64,000 nt of DNA from positions 16,942,938-17,006,937 of the forward strand of contig NC_052146.1 in NCBI RefSeq assembly GCF_902713615.1, written 5' to 3'. The notes beneath the pieces were generated by a model. That model saw nothing but the letters and a program-made list of their open reading frames with translations. It did not search any database and had not been told where the DNA came from. The position numbers and the translations under genes are program-made. Numbering within the stretch: position 1 is the first letter of the stretch; every line of letters begins with the position of its first letter. Shown in pieces: positions 22,995 through 36,030 of this stretch. The stretch is from Scyliorhinus canicula (taxonomy: Eukaryota).

Positions 22995-23320
22995 TGGGGA
23001 GGTTGTGGCGTAATGGTATTGTCGCTGGATTGAAAATCTAGAGACCCAGGTTTGAATCCCACTATGGCAGATTGGGAAATTTTAATTTAATAAAAGATAT
23101 CTGGGATTAAAAGTCTAATGATGACCATGAAACCATTGTCGTTTGATGTAAAAACCCTAATGTCCTTTAGGGAAGGAAATCTGTTGTCCTTACCTGGTCT
23201 GGCCCAGGTGTGGCTCGAGACCCACAGCAATGTGGTTGACTATTAAATGTCCTCAGGGATGGCCAAGGGCAATAAATGTTGGCCCAGCCAGTGAAGCCCA
23301 CCTCCTATAAGCAATTTTTA
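22995..23320 (+). mobile_element. Deu-domain SINE (SacSINE1-like)
   Basis: tRNA-like head, then TGTCCTTTAGGGAAGGAAATCTG.TGTCCTTACCTGGTCTGG. Confidence 0.75.
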
Positions 23321-23349
23321 AAAAAAACATGCAAAATACACATTGATAG

Positions 23350-24110
23350 CACTCAGCTCTATCTCAACATCCCCACCTTTCTTTATTCCCTCTGCTGCCT
23401 ATCCAGCATCCAATAATGGAACAGCAAGAATTTCTTTCAGCTGAATACTGGGAAGACTGGGTCCACAAACTCCATTCTCCGGCCACCCTTTCCATTGCTA
23501 CTCCCTCTACTGGTTAACCCAGACGTTGGCGTTGTATTGGACTCATGGACATCTGACCACATATTTTGCTCCATTAGCAGGATTGCCTACTTTCATTTTA
23601 AATTCCATAACACCCCACTCCAACCCTGGCTCAGGACCTCTGCTACCCATCATCCTCACCAATGCTTTTTCTCACCTCCAGGTTGGACTATGAAATGCCC
23701 TCCAGGACAGCCTCTCATCCACTTTATAAAAATGCGTGCTCAACCAAAACTCTCCCACCTCCTATCTTACTAAGACTTTCACTGATCACTAGAAAGCTCG
23801 CTGCTCACCGTTCAACAAAGCCTCAAAATTAAAATCCTCAACTTTGTTTGGAATACACCCCAAAGCCTTGCCCCCTTCCCAGCTCTGCAATCTCTTCCAG
23901 TCCTACATCCAAGATCTCTGCACTCCCCAAATCTGACATCTTGCACATCCTTCATTTTGATCACTCCACACGAGAAAGCTCTGGGAGTGTCTCGCTCTAA
24001 GCCTCTCCACCGCTCTACCTCTCTCACCTCCTTTAAGATGCTCTATAAGACCTCCCTCTTTGAATAAGCTGTCATCGCTCCTGATATGTTCTACTGCAGC
24101 TTGGTTTCGG
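23350..24110 (+). mobile_element. Old L2-like LINE 3' fragment
   Basis: Degenerate signatures (IAYFH, FKILNFV) and a CCTTTAAGATGCTC..AAGACC..CCTCTTTGA tail. Confidence 0.5.
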
Positions 24111-24526
24111 AGCTTATCAATACCCTATTTGACGGTGGTTTTAAGTGCATGTTGTTGTTGTCTCATTGCTTCCATTCTGGGCTGCCAACATTGTGGCATG
24201 TCAGAACTATAAACTGCATCATTAACAGGGTATTTGCGACAGGGCATTGCCAACCCTAAATGGTTGCAATAGGGCCAATTGGAAATTACAGCGCAAATCA
24301 ACCTATTTCTTGACACTCAATGAATGTCACTGGTTGGTGACCACCCACCTTTGTGAGACTAATAGTGCAGCTTGTAGCAATTTCCACTTGACTGTAAATA
24401 TTCCATGCCACTACTTGCCAACTTTACCACATAGATATTGAACTTGCCGTTATTGTTCTGGCAAAATGTTTGTTCTGAATTGAACAGCCACAGTAAACTG
24501 ACCCTAATGTCTACTAACCTGTTTAA

Positions 24527-24622
24527 AACTAGTGATTCGAAACAAACCTGTTGGACTTTAGCTGGTGTTGTATGACGTCTTACTGTGCCCACCCCAGTCC
24601 AAAGCCGGCATCTCCATATCCT
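24527..24622 (+). mobile_element. Truncated copy of the Penelope-type hammerhead element
   Basis: CTAGTGATTCGAAACAAACCTGTTGGACTTTA.CTGGTGTTG...CCCCAGTCCAA.GCCGGCATCTCCA, shared with 1540-1625. Confidence 0.7.
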
Positions 24623-24677
24623 GATTAAAATTCAAATTGAGTCGCACACCACAAACAGGTTCAACAGGGTAAGTTGG

Positions 24678-27620
24678 TGTTGTCTGTAAAAATCTCAGGC
24701 ATCAGTTTATTGTTCAAACGTCTTTCCTGGGTGTCCTTATTTGCGAGATAAACAAAGGGCAGAGATTCACAATTCAACCCAAGTTTATTTTCAAAAACAA
24801 TAAAAGTTATCCCAGTCTGGGTCGTCGCAGGGCCCACATCTGTGAAGGTGGGTCCTGCACGCGTCTTCCGTCTTCCTCTGGTCTGCCCCTGAGTCTTCTC
24901 CACTACCTCTGCATCATGTCTTTGCTGGGGTCTCTGGGTGTCCTGTTCATATCCCCTGCTTCGTGTCCTTCTAGAAGTTTCTCTGGCCCTCAGCCAATCA
25001 GGTCTCATGGCCGGGGTCGCAACATCCATTAGAATTGCCGATCGCGATTCCCGCAGGACCCCAGGAACCCCCCCCCCCCCCCCCTCCCAGTGAAATCTGG
25101 GTACCAGAAAATCTGGGCAATCCACAGCAATCTATTTGAGTGTATTTGAGTTTGGCTGTTTGACTTCCTATCAGGCCTGCTGTGGGTCTGACTGTGGTTT
25201 TAATTTAAAGTGTCCAGTTCTTAACTTAGAGTGCCCAATTCTTAATTTACAGTGCCCAATTCTGAATCGGGCCTAAAATTCAGGTCATTGGCCATTCTAC
25301 CACAGTCCCTCCTCTTGATCCAGTGAGTGTCAGCGAACCGGATCACACAATTCTAACCAAGTTCCTGGATGGGCAAGTACCAGAATCTCATGCAAACAAT
25401 CCTACTTCCTAACCCAACATACATACATTATAAATAGAATACAAAATTAGGCTGTTATCAAAATAAATTGTAGGAAATACAAATAAATATAGAACAGATA
25501 AATACAAAAACAAACTTGTGGAGGCGATAAATACAATAAAAACTTTTGGAGGCGAGTCTCTTTAATATACTCCTTGGTCACGGTATCGGATCACGATTTC
25601 CATTTCCAGGCGCTGCATTAGTTCCTTTTTCCAGCGGACGAGATTTATCTTGAGGATGGTTAAATAGAGATAAAACAGAGATAAAGAGGAATTTCTTCAG
25701 CCAGAGGGTGGTGAATCTGTGGAACTCTTTGCCGCAGAAGGCTCTGGAGGCCAAATCACTGAGTGTCTTTAAGACAGATAGATAGGTCCTTGATTAATAA
25801 GGGGATCAGGGGTTACGGGGAAATGGCAGAATGGGGATGAGAAAAATATCAGCCATGATTGAATGGCGGAGTAGACTCGATGGGCCGAGTGGCCTGACTC
25901 TGTTTCTATGTGTTATGGTCTGATGAATGGGATGCCTATATGGGCAGGTGTGACAGGAGGCATTGGGTGTATTTGCATATTGCAGCCCTAATCCCAGTAA
26001 TCCTCCCACCAGGAAGTGACTCTGATTTTATTAATGTCCCTTCAGATTTCCTGTTTGGTGCGCTACTTTGACGAGGGTCTTGTGTGCTGTGGCCATTTGT
26101 GTCCCAGTTTGTTGTAATTCTGCTGACAGAATCGTTATACCAGTGTCATTTTTTTCAAAGTACTCTCCCAGAATCTGCCTGGGTTTCTGGCAAGTGTTCC
26201 TCTCACCTGTGTATATCTACTAATTCAATAAAACCTATCCTAGAGGGTACGTGAGGCCCATACAGAAAGTGGTCGCACATTGACGTCCCATACTGGTATC
26301 ATTTTAGCGAAGTCGAAGAAGCGGCACGGTGGTGCAGTGGTTATCACTGTTGCCTACAGAATTGAGGACCCAGGTTCAATCCCAGCCCTGGGTCACTATC
26401 CGGCTTGTTTGCACATTCTCCCCATGTCCACGTGGGTCTCACCCCCACAACCCAAAAGAAACAGCCAAGCGCGCATATCTTTGGTCAGGTGAGGACAGCA
26501 CCACCCTTGCCTGTGACAATTGGGTCCTCTAAATTTATAAAAAGGAAAAGAAAAAAAAACATTTTAGCGAGGTCATGACACAATGTTCTGCCTCTCCCTA
26601 TATGCTACTCGGGTGACATCACTTGCCAGATTCCAAATTTCCAGGGTACAATTTAAATCTGTACTTATCCTGAATCCACACAGGGCATGCTCATTCAAAT
26701 AGACCGGCTAAGGACACAACTGCCCTGCCCGTATGCTCACATTTGGCCAGACGTGTATGAGCCTTCCCTCTTTCTCAACCACGTAAGGCAGGGTTCCATC
26801 ATCTCCCATCCATATTCCCTCTTCTTTGACTCCTGGGGCTGGTTTAGCACAGGGCTAGACCTGCTTTGAAAGCAGACCAAGGCAGGCCAGCAGCACGGTT
26901 CAATTCCCGTAACAGCCTCCCCGAACAGGTGCCGGAATGTGGCGACTAGGGGCTTTTCACAGTAACTTCATTTGAAGCCCACTTGTGGCAAGAAGCGATT
27001 TTCATTTCATTTCATTTTCTGCTTAAAAGACGCTCAACCCGACTTTACTGTTCAAAATTACAGGGATCCTGAACACCATCCCCAGGGTTCCTCTACAGCT
27101 ATTGTTAAAGCCTTGGTCAGTTTTGGCAATTGGCAACCAGTAATATTGGGGTGTCTTTTTCCCCTGGGAAGGTGTTCAATTTGTTCATCGCTGATCCAGG
27201 ATGGAATCCTCTCCCTGCTACCTGGTTGAGGTTTTCCCTCCGCTGCTCAACCGCCCGTCAGTAGATACTGCACAGGATTCGGTTGTGGCCAGACATCATC
27301 CTTCACCCACCCTTTGACAATCTGATTAATAGTTTGGGCATGACCTTCCAGCACAGCCTTGTTCCCAGTGCAATCTCCCTCGGCCTCCTGCCCAGTCTTC
27401 TCATTTAAACTTTCCAAGGTCTGTTTAGCTTGTCAGGTCCAGATGAGCCAAATCAAGTTTCCCAAATGTGGATATCCCTGCACAGTTGCTAAGTCGTTCG
27501 GGATTTCCCTCCTCTTGTGCCCCTTCGACTTGGGTCTACTCTCGCCCTCATCTGTTCTTGAGTCTTTCTGCCCAATAGCCTACATGTCAAGTGGTAGCAT
27601 AGTCTCCTGAGTGGAGAAGG
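24678..27620 (-). mobile_element. Degenerate LTR retroelement/ERV: 3' LTR (about 24678-25304), PPT, env-like remnant and further internal fragments
   Basis: Minus-strand PPT AAGAGGAGGGAC abuts TGTGGTAG at 25304; AATAAA in the LTR; upstream peptides SWWEDYWD...QIHP and YLTILKINLVRWKKELMQRLEMEIVIRYRDQGVY*; interrupted by CR1 (25670-25925) and SINEs. Confidence 0.65.
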
Positions 27621-28351
27621 GCAGCACTCTCTAGCTGTGCCTTGGCTAGGTCCACCACTACAGGGACAGTTTGCAGTCGGTATTGTCTACTACATTCTCT
27701 GTGAGGCAGTAGTGCTGATCACTATGCTGCCCTGTATCCACCACGTACAAGGCACAAATCAGGAATGTGATGGCATATTCCCCATTTGCCTAGTGCTCTG
27801 GTTTTGTCCCACAGTCCAAAGGTTAGGCGGATTCGCTGTGCTAAATTCATCCTTAGTGTCCAAAGGTTAGGTGAGGTTGTGGGGGAGTGGGCTTAGGTGA
27901 GGTACTCTTTCAGAGGGTTGGTGCAGACTCGATTGGCAGAATGGCCTACTTCTGCACTGTGGGGGTTTTATTATTTTATGATAGGCACGGGGAGTCAAAA
28001 TATGAGTTATTTGCTACAGAATTCCTGGCCTCCAATGAGCTTTGGTAACCACAGTATTTACATTGGTCCAGTTCCGTTTCTGGTCAATGGCAACCCCAGA
28101 ATGTTGATAGTGGGGGATTTGGTGATGGTAATGCTATTGAATGGTAACGGGAAGTGGTTATATTCTCTCATTCCTGGCACTTGTTTGGCATGAATGCTGT
28201 TCATCAGCCAAGCCTGAATGATGTCCAACTCTTGCAGCATAAGAACACGTAATAAATGTATAGGTTTATGCCTCATTGCTCAGCTGTTTAACCAGTGTGG
28301 CATAATGGCCAATGGCCTGAATTTTAGGTCAATGCAGAACTGGACAGCTTG

Positions 28352-28662
28352 TGCGGCACGGTAGCACAGTGGTTAGCACTGTTGCTTCACAGTACCTGGG
28401 AGCCGGGTTCGATTCTCACTTGGGTCACTGTGCAGAGTCTGCGTGGGTTTCTCCCTGTGTCTGTATGGGTTTCCTGGATCCGGGTGCTCCGGTTTCCTCC
28501 CACAAGTCCCGAAAGCCATGATGTTAGGTAATTTGGACAATCTGAATTCTCCCTCCGTGTACCCAAACAGGTGCTGGAATGTGGCGACGAGGGGCTTTTC
28601 ACAGTAACTTCATTGCAGTGTTAATGTAAGCCTACTTGTGACACTAATAAAGATTATTATTA
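28352..28662 (+). mobile_element. V-SINE with AAGCCTACTTGTGAC..(ATT)n tail
   Basis: Same subfamily as 30678-30980, 61225-61530 and 14215-15430. Confidence 0.85.
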
Positions 28663-29130
28663 CCAGAAACAGTGTGCAGGGGGATGGGGAAAAGGCAAAG
28701 GAATGGCACTAAGTCACGCTGCTTGTTTGGAGTGCAGCTGCAGACAAGATGGGCCAGGTTGCCTCCTTCTGCACAATAACAATTCTGTGATTCACGGATA
28801 TTGCATTTCAAGTGTTCCAGGAAGAATACCTGGGAATTGAATGGTCCTGGTTCTCTGAACAAGGCACAGTGAAATACTGCTGTATCAAGTCAGATTTCTG
28901 AAATACTATATAAATCTGAGTGATTTGACTTACATTTTTGGTTACTTAAAAGAAAACATCTAAAATCAACAATAAATAGCCAATTGGACATAACCATTTC
29001 CAAACGTCTGACGTTAACAGTTTTGCCGCACATAGTAAAATAGTCATAAAAAGACACAATTACTGAACAATGATTAAAAACTGCAAAGTACAAGTAGAAT
29101 GATTTTAAATAGAATTAAAAAAATATACCT

Positions 29131-29136
29131 TTTATT
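29131..29136 (-). terminator. DGCR6: Candidate DGCR6 polyadenylation signal AATAAA (3' UTR about 1.1 kb, TE-free)
   Basis: TTTATT on the plus strand, followed on the minus strand by U-rich sequence. Confidence 0.55.
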
Positions 29137-30255
29137 GAACAGTGTAAAAAAAAAACAAATGTGGAATGTTCAGTGATTGAAAAATGAACAGAAACATATA
29201 CAAACCAAATTGAAAATACGCAACAATGACATGCTAAGATAATTTAGAATTTACATTGTGACAGTTCAGGAGCGTGGCAGCTCACTGTGCCGTCTTGACG
29301 AAGTAACCACATGTCTAACTTGTCTGCTTGTGATTTTACCTTATTTCCACCCACCAACCACCCCTGCCCCACCCACACATTGCAAGTCATTTTCTAGCTT
29401 TTTAATGAACAGATGTTCATTTTACATTAGTGTGACGCTTTAACTTCATGCTCCAGTGAAATCACAAAAGTTACCCCCCAAAAAAAGCTAAAGATTACAG
29501 TCCAAAAAGAGTGCATCATTGAGCTGTTCATTTTTTAACAACAATTGTACAACTTCTCGGGTGAATCCGCAACAACAACAAAAATAATCTGCTGGAAAAG
29601 GTCATTACAACTCTTATCGCGTCAGTGTATCATTCCCTTGCAATTGCTTTGCTTACCTTCAGCATCAAAATTCTCTGGCTATATAAACTGATGTGGCTTT
29701 GTGCATTCATTTACATGGCTCCATCTTGGTTAATATACACAAAACAAAAATACTCACAAAGGATGTACTTTAGCAAGCATAGCTCTTGATATCACTGTCA
29801 CACCTTTAACAATCGCATTCAAAGATGAGTAATGCAACATCTCAGGAAGTCCTGCAAAGGTACCATGCAAGTCAAGCTTCTCCCTTTGTAAAAAACGGAT
29901 TTGAGTCAAGAAGCGTGCAAGTCAAATACCCAATTTAATTTGCAGCATCGAAACCAAACTGTGGAACAGGAACAACTGCAATCGGTTTTGTGATCCACTT
30001 TTCACAGTGCATGTAGTGTACCATGACTTGACATCTAACACAATCCAGGCTGAAGCGTACAGGAACTCACTGTTCAACCAATCACAAGAGTGGATCAGTG
30101 TTTCCTGTACAAATAATACTTGACAAGCCAGAATTGTGGATTCTAAAGGTTTGTTGTTTTGCTATGTCAAATCCAGTGGCTTCTGGGAATTCCCTCGATG
30201 AACTGGACTATTCCTTCCACAGGTTCTCTGAATTAGACTCAATGACACCAATACA

Positions 30256-30327
30256 TCAGCAACTCCCAGATACTTTCTGCTGCATTTTTAAGATCAGTTC
30301 CAGCAAGTTCATCTGTAAAGTCAGCTC
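30256..30327 (-). CDS. DGCR6: DGCR6 coding exon 5 (ELTLQMNLLELILKMQQKVSGSC*)
   Basis: Acceptor TTACAG| at 30328; matches the EL.LQMNLLELI.K.QQ motif; TGA at 30256-30258. Confidence 0.93.
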   Translation of the reverse strand, partial: ELTLQMNLLELILKMQQKVSGSC

Positions 30328-30677
30328 CTGTAAGATAAAGGGAAATGAAACCATCTAATACTTGCACCAGTGAAAGCGTCTCTAAAAACCCAAAGGCACA
30401 ATTTCTTGTCAATGATAAAGTGCCACAAATGGCAGAAATTTGCCATGCTCATTAATCCAATCTGGGATGTGGCAAGGTTTGTGGGCGGAGGCAGCTGTCA
30501 ACACAATGTTTTTCAGTGCAAGAGATTGCGGACGCCCGATTTGCGCTCAACATTAATTGCACTGCAAATATTTCAATGTTTTGCACAGGTTTTGCTGAGT
30601 TCCAATGAATTATGCTAAAATTAATGCAACCTACTTTATAAAGTGGATTATAAACTTTAGCCCCAAATATAGACAAA

Positions 30678-30980
30678 GGGCAGCACGGTAGCACAGTGGT
30701 TAGCACTGTTGCTTCACAGCACCAGGGACCTGTGCTCGATTCCTGCTTGGGTCATTGTCTGTGCAGAGTCTGCACGTTCTCCCCGTGTCTGCGTGGGTTT
30801 CCTCCGGGTGCTCCGGACCCGAAAGACGCGCTTGTTAGGTGAATTGGACATTTTGAATTCTCCCTCTGTGTACCCGAACAGGCGCCAGAATGTGACGTCT
30901 AGGAGCTTTTCACAGTAACTTCGCTGCAGTGTTAATGGAAGCCTACTTGTGACAATAAAGATTATTATAAAGATTATCAT
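30678..30980 (+). mobile_element. V-SINE
   Basis: tRNA head, V-domain and ATT-repeat tail. Confidence 0.85.
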
Positions 30981-31579
30981 ACTCTAGATCGGGAGCACTC
31001 CCTCAACAATCACCTTCACCCGAATTCAAGGTAGCAACTTTACACAGACACTTATTTTGGGTCTGTGAAAGTGAACTATGTCTCTTCCCCCAAGGAAAGC
31101 AACGATTAAGAAATATGACCTTTCCCCAGGTAGTCTGTTAAATAATTTGTTGGCCAAGTTATAACGACCCGGATATTATAAGGGTCTTTGTGGGGGGGGG
31201 GGGGGGGGAAATCGCTCTCTTCAAAAATGCTATCTTCCCACTTTCAGAAAATAGAAGAGAGGTGGGTTCTTATACTGCATGCAGAATACTACAAGAGACG
31301 TTATACTTTACCAACCTATCTACAAGTTTATTACAGAACTATTTAACACACAATACACTTTAAAGTGGGCAAGAACATTTCAACGTTGGCGACTATAAAA
31401 GATAAACACTCAGTCTTAGTTCTAATACAGAATCCAATAACACTTTAAAATACAATATCACAGCTAATTTCAATTTATGAACACCCATCAGTTTTCAAAA
31501 TAATGTTTTATCTGAATCCTCAAGTGAATCAGTTATTGAGCAGTTGGACACTAAAGTTGTCTGCTTTACGGTATCCTAC

Positions 31580-31980
31580 CCCTCGACAAGAGGTTATGGG
31601 GCGACCTGATAGAAGTCTACAAAATTGTGAGGGGCCTAGACAGAGTGGATAGTCAGAAGCTTTTTCCCAGCGTGGAAGGGTCAATTACTAGGGGACATAG
31701 GTTTAAGGTATGAGGGGCAAAGTTTAGAGGAGATGCGCAAGTGAAGTTTTTTTCACACAGAGGGTAGTGGGTGCCTGGAACTCACTACCGGAGGAGGTGG
31801 TGAATGCAGGTACGATAGTGACGTTTAAGGGGTGCCTTGACAAATACATGAATAGGATGGGAATAGAGGAATACGGACACAGGAAGCGCTGAAGATTTTA
31901 GTTTAGATGGCCGGCATGTTTGGCACAGGCTTGGAGGGCCGGAGTGCTTGTTCCTGTTCTGTACTTTTCTTTGTTGTTTG
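31580..31980 (+). mobile_element. CR1 LINE 3' end
   Basis: GDLIEVYKIVRGLDRVD..KLFP...TRGH.FK; tail CCTGTTCTGTAC.TTTCTTTG. Confidence 0.85.
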
Positions 31981-32336
31981 TTATCAACTGGAGAAACCTT
32001 GAGGAGGTGCTCCGAGCGCCTTTCTATAATATTCCTGATTTTACAGAAGGAAACTGGAACCCTTCTGCCCTTCTAAACCAGAGGACATAGTTTTTTTTAG
32101 CAGCAATGGGTGTTGCCCCTTGGATCAACTCTTCCTCTTAGATGTGTCCTTATCATTCATTCTAATTTAATGGTAAAAATAAATTATTATCCATGCTGTA
32201 AAAATGGATTATTATTCATGCTGTGAGCCTGATATATGGTCATGTTCTTAAATGGTCATGTTCTTAAATATGTGCTCAACATCTTTCTTACCTCCAATTA
32301 TCTCTATTTTTACAGAAGTGATTTAAAACTTTTTAG

Positions 32337-32645
32337 AGGCGGCACAGTGGTTAGCATTGCTGCCTCACAGCACCAGGGACCCGGGTTCAATTCCGGCTTG
32401 GGTGACTGTCTGTGTGGAGTTTGCACTTTCTCCCCATGTCTGCGTGGGTTTCTTCCGGGTGCTCCGGTTTCCTACCACAGTCCAAAGATGTTCAGGTTAG
32501 GGCGATTGGTCATGCTAAATTGCCCCTTAGTGTCCAGTGATGTGCAGGATAGGGTATGGGAATAGTGAGGGGTGGAAGAAGATCTGAGGGATCGGTGCAG
32601 ACTCGATGGGCCAAATGGCCTCCTTCTGCACTGTTGGGATTCTAC
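32337..32645 (+). mobile_element. V-SINE with CR1-type tail
   Basis: V-domain plus GATGGGCCAAATGGCCTCCTTCTGCACTG tail. Confidence 0.8.
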
Positions 32646-33754
32646 GAAGCGAGGAATGGATTTTCTAAAGTCTGTTTTTCTAATTTGCTGAGGTAAATTC
32701 TAAGAATAACTTTTGAATAGGGAAGGAGTGACAATTCCAAAATACAATATCCTAAATACATATGAATTCTACCTATTTATTCATGTATTTACTTCGCACT
32801 GCCCCTGTCGTACCTAATGTGGGATTTCTTGACACTGGTGTGGGCTGGCAATGTCCTCCCTAACATCAGGAAGTAAACATCCAAAAGTAGTTGGTGAACA
32901 AGATCAATCTTAACATATGTGTGATATGGGACATTTTGGGATGAAGAATAAGGAGGCCACATTCTCTGAAAAATTAAGTAGCTAAATGGGATAGAGAAAC
33001 AAGAGGCATCCAGGGCTACAGGTTCAAAAATCACTTAAAAATAGTGGCACGGGTTACGATGGCCATTAAGAAAAACAAACAAAGCACTTTGGTTAATTTC
33101 TACAGGGTTAGGATTGAAAAGCAGGGAAGTTAAAATTTGTAGGTCCCTTCCATCAGGGTTTGCTCAATAGGAAAAACAAAGAGCACAAATCAAGGCTTAT
33201 TTTCTCTCTTCATAACAGAGGGCCAATGGGACCAATTGCAACATTACCAGTGCCATCAACTAATCCAGCAGAATGATCCTAAACCTGGCACCTTCCAGCT
33301 CTATATAATTCAACCATTCATTGCCTAGGATAAACTAAATGGCGATAGGAAAGTAAGGTAACGCTGATAATTCTCCTTTAACAATTCAACAAAGAACATG
33401 AATATTGCACGGAAGCACACAAACACTGGTTGATTTCTTGTGGTACTGTTCATTGTGAGCCTATGGCTATGCAGCTTTGTAACATCGGTTTGTCAAGTCC
33501 TCTCAGCAGGATTGTTCATTCTGCCATTTGAGAGTCATCTTCCCATCTTCAGCTGCTACTCAAATACACAAGAACTGCCTGTATACAGATGCATATGTTT
33601 GGAGCTAAGGCTTAATCAGGTTTTGGAAGCGTAATAGTGAATGGAACTGTTTCTTTTGGTTCATTGTTTACTTTACACCAATCAGAAAAACATGCGACTC
33701 AAAGTTACAAAAAGGATTCTACTATATACTATACATATTTAGAAATAGATTCAC

Positions 33755-33895
33755 CTGAGGGTTTGTAGTAATGTAAAATCCTGGAACACCAGCCTTCTCC
33801 AGTGTGTTCTGTTGGTCAATCACTTTCTGATCCAGCTCCAAGACTATCTTCTCATCCATCATCCTTTGCTCATCCTTAACTCTCTGCTCCAAGGT
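33755..33895 (-). CDS. DGCR6: DGCR6 coding exon 4 (141 nt; [47 protein letters not shown])
   Basis: TTTTCTAG| acceptor, CAG|GTGAAT donor, phase 0/0; diagnostic LEKAGV.GFY.TTNPQ. Confidence 0.95.
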
Positions 33896-35344
33896 CTAGA
33901 AAAATGAAAGAAGGCTTCAGACAGCGAAGTTAAGGACGGGAGAAAAGAAAATCACTGGCACTGCTTTAAATTCATATAGATGGCAATGGAAGACGATTCT
34001 TTTAAATATACAATCAAGTCTTGTCAAGTCAAGCCTTTGTTCCTACAGTCTTAGGTGGGGGGGAAAAATCATATTTGTCTATTTCCCATTTACAATGGTC
34101 AAACTCCCTGTCAGAGATGGTGTACATTTAAAGACCGTTTACATCCCGGAAACAAGACTCTGTTCGTGACCATTTGAAACTTAAATGTTCAAATTTGACC
34201 ACATGTAACCAGACAATCGGAATATGTTCAATAGAGTGCATGATTTATGAATAAGTATTTAAACCAGGCCCGTCTAATCTGCGGCAGCTTGCAAAACCCC
34301 TCCATGTCACTGGTGGAGCAGTGGTTGAAATGCCAGTAAGACAGGTGAGTGAGCTTGAAGATTTCTGCAAGGGGCTGCTCCTCCAACCACAGTCTGTTTC
34401 TCTCCCATGTTTGTTGCTGATAGGCTCATTGATGGTAATGGATTTCCTACGGTGTAAACTTGTACCTTTTTGATTTTTCAGGTAATCCAGCACCACAATA
34501 CATGTGCCATTCCTTTTCTTCTTCAAATTTTTAGTGTGGCCAATCCACCTACCCTGCATATCTTTGGGTTGTGGGGGTGAGACCCACAGAGACGGGGAGA
34601 ACGTGCAAACTCCACACAGACAGTGTCCTGGGGCCGGGATTGAACCAGGGGCCTCAGCGCAGTGAGGCAGCAGTGCTAACCACTGCACCACCGTGCCGCT
34701 CCTTTTCAAACTTTGCCCAGTTTTCGTGGAACACAAACGGGTCGATGCGACAAAATCCTTGAGCCATACTGCCAACTCCTGGCACCATGTAGAAGTGCTG
34801 GGTTCCAATGACTGGTGACCAATGACTTGTAACAACAATAGTTTATTCAGCAATCTAAGCAGCTCTTGCATGCATCTACTCTGCCTGCACTCCGGGGAGA
34901 ACTCCCATGCTTCTGTCATGTGACTCTTTTAAGTAGCCACGTCATCACATGACCACTCGGTCTAAAGAACTAGCATTCAGGCACTGTTAGGCCTCAATTC
35001 AGGTCTTTCCTCTGCTCTCTTGCCCCCCAGCCAATTTAGTGGCCAACTAGATATTAGAGGTAAATCAGAAGTTTGGTGTCACCTTAATAATAATAACAAC
35101 CGTTTATTGTCACAAGTATGAAGGTACTGTGAAAAGACCCTAGTCGCCACATTCTGCCGCCTATTCGGGTAAGCTGGTATGGGAGTTGAAGCCACGCTGC
35201 TGGCTTTGTTCTGCATCACAAACCAGCTGTCAAGGGAGCGTGTGATTTTCCACATTTCAGGGGAGCATTAAACTGTGATTTATACTATCATAGAATCAGA
35301 GAATTTACCTCCAAGGGGCCCCACACCTCCACCCTATCCCTGTA

Positions 35345-35990
35345 ATGCAGGTTAGGTGGATTGACGTGCAGGTTAGGTGGATTGGCCATGATAAATTGTC
35401 CAAGGTGTTTTTCACAGTACCTTCATTTTTGAAGCCTACTTGTGACAATAAGCGATTTTCATTTCATTTCAAAAAGGTTAGGAGGGCAGCACGGTGGCGC
35501 AGTGGGTTAGCCCTGTTGCCTCGTGGCGCCGAGGTCCCAGGTTCGATCCCGGCTCTGGGTCACTGTCCGTGTGGAGTTTGCACATCCTCCCTGTGTTTGC
35601 GTGGGTCTCACTCCCACAATCCAAAGATGTGCAAGATCGGTGGGTTGAACAAACTAAATTGCCCCTTAATTGGAAAAAATGAATTGGGTACTCTAAATTT
35701 GTTTTAAAAAAGGAGGGGTTATTGGGTTTCAGTGATAGGGTGGAAGTAAGGGCTTAAATGAGTCGGGGCCGAATTGATGGGCCGAATGGCCTCCTTCTGC
35801 ACTGTGTGTTCTCACGGCGCCGAGGATCCGGGTTCGATCCTGGCCTCGGGTCACTGACCGTGTGGAGTTGGCACATTCTCTCCATGTCTGCGTGGGTCTC
35901 ATCCCCACAACCCAAAACGATGTGCAGGGTAGGTAGATTGGCCATGCTAAATTGCCCCTTAATTGAAAAACAAAAGAGAAATTTATTTAA
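35345..35990 (+). mobile_element. Cluster of nested or tandem SINE pieces
   Basis: At least three V-SINE segments plus a tail fragment. Confidence 0.75.
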
Positions 35991-36030
35991 AAGACTATGG
36001 AATGCGTCAGAAATAACTTTCAAGTTTAGT

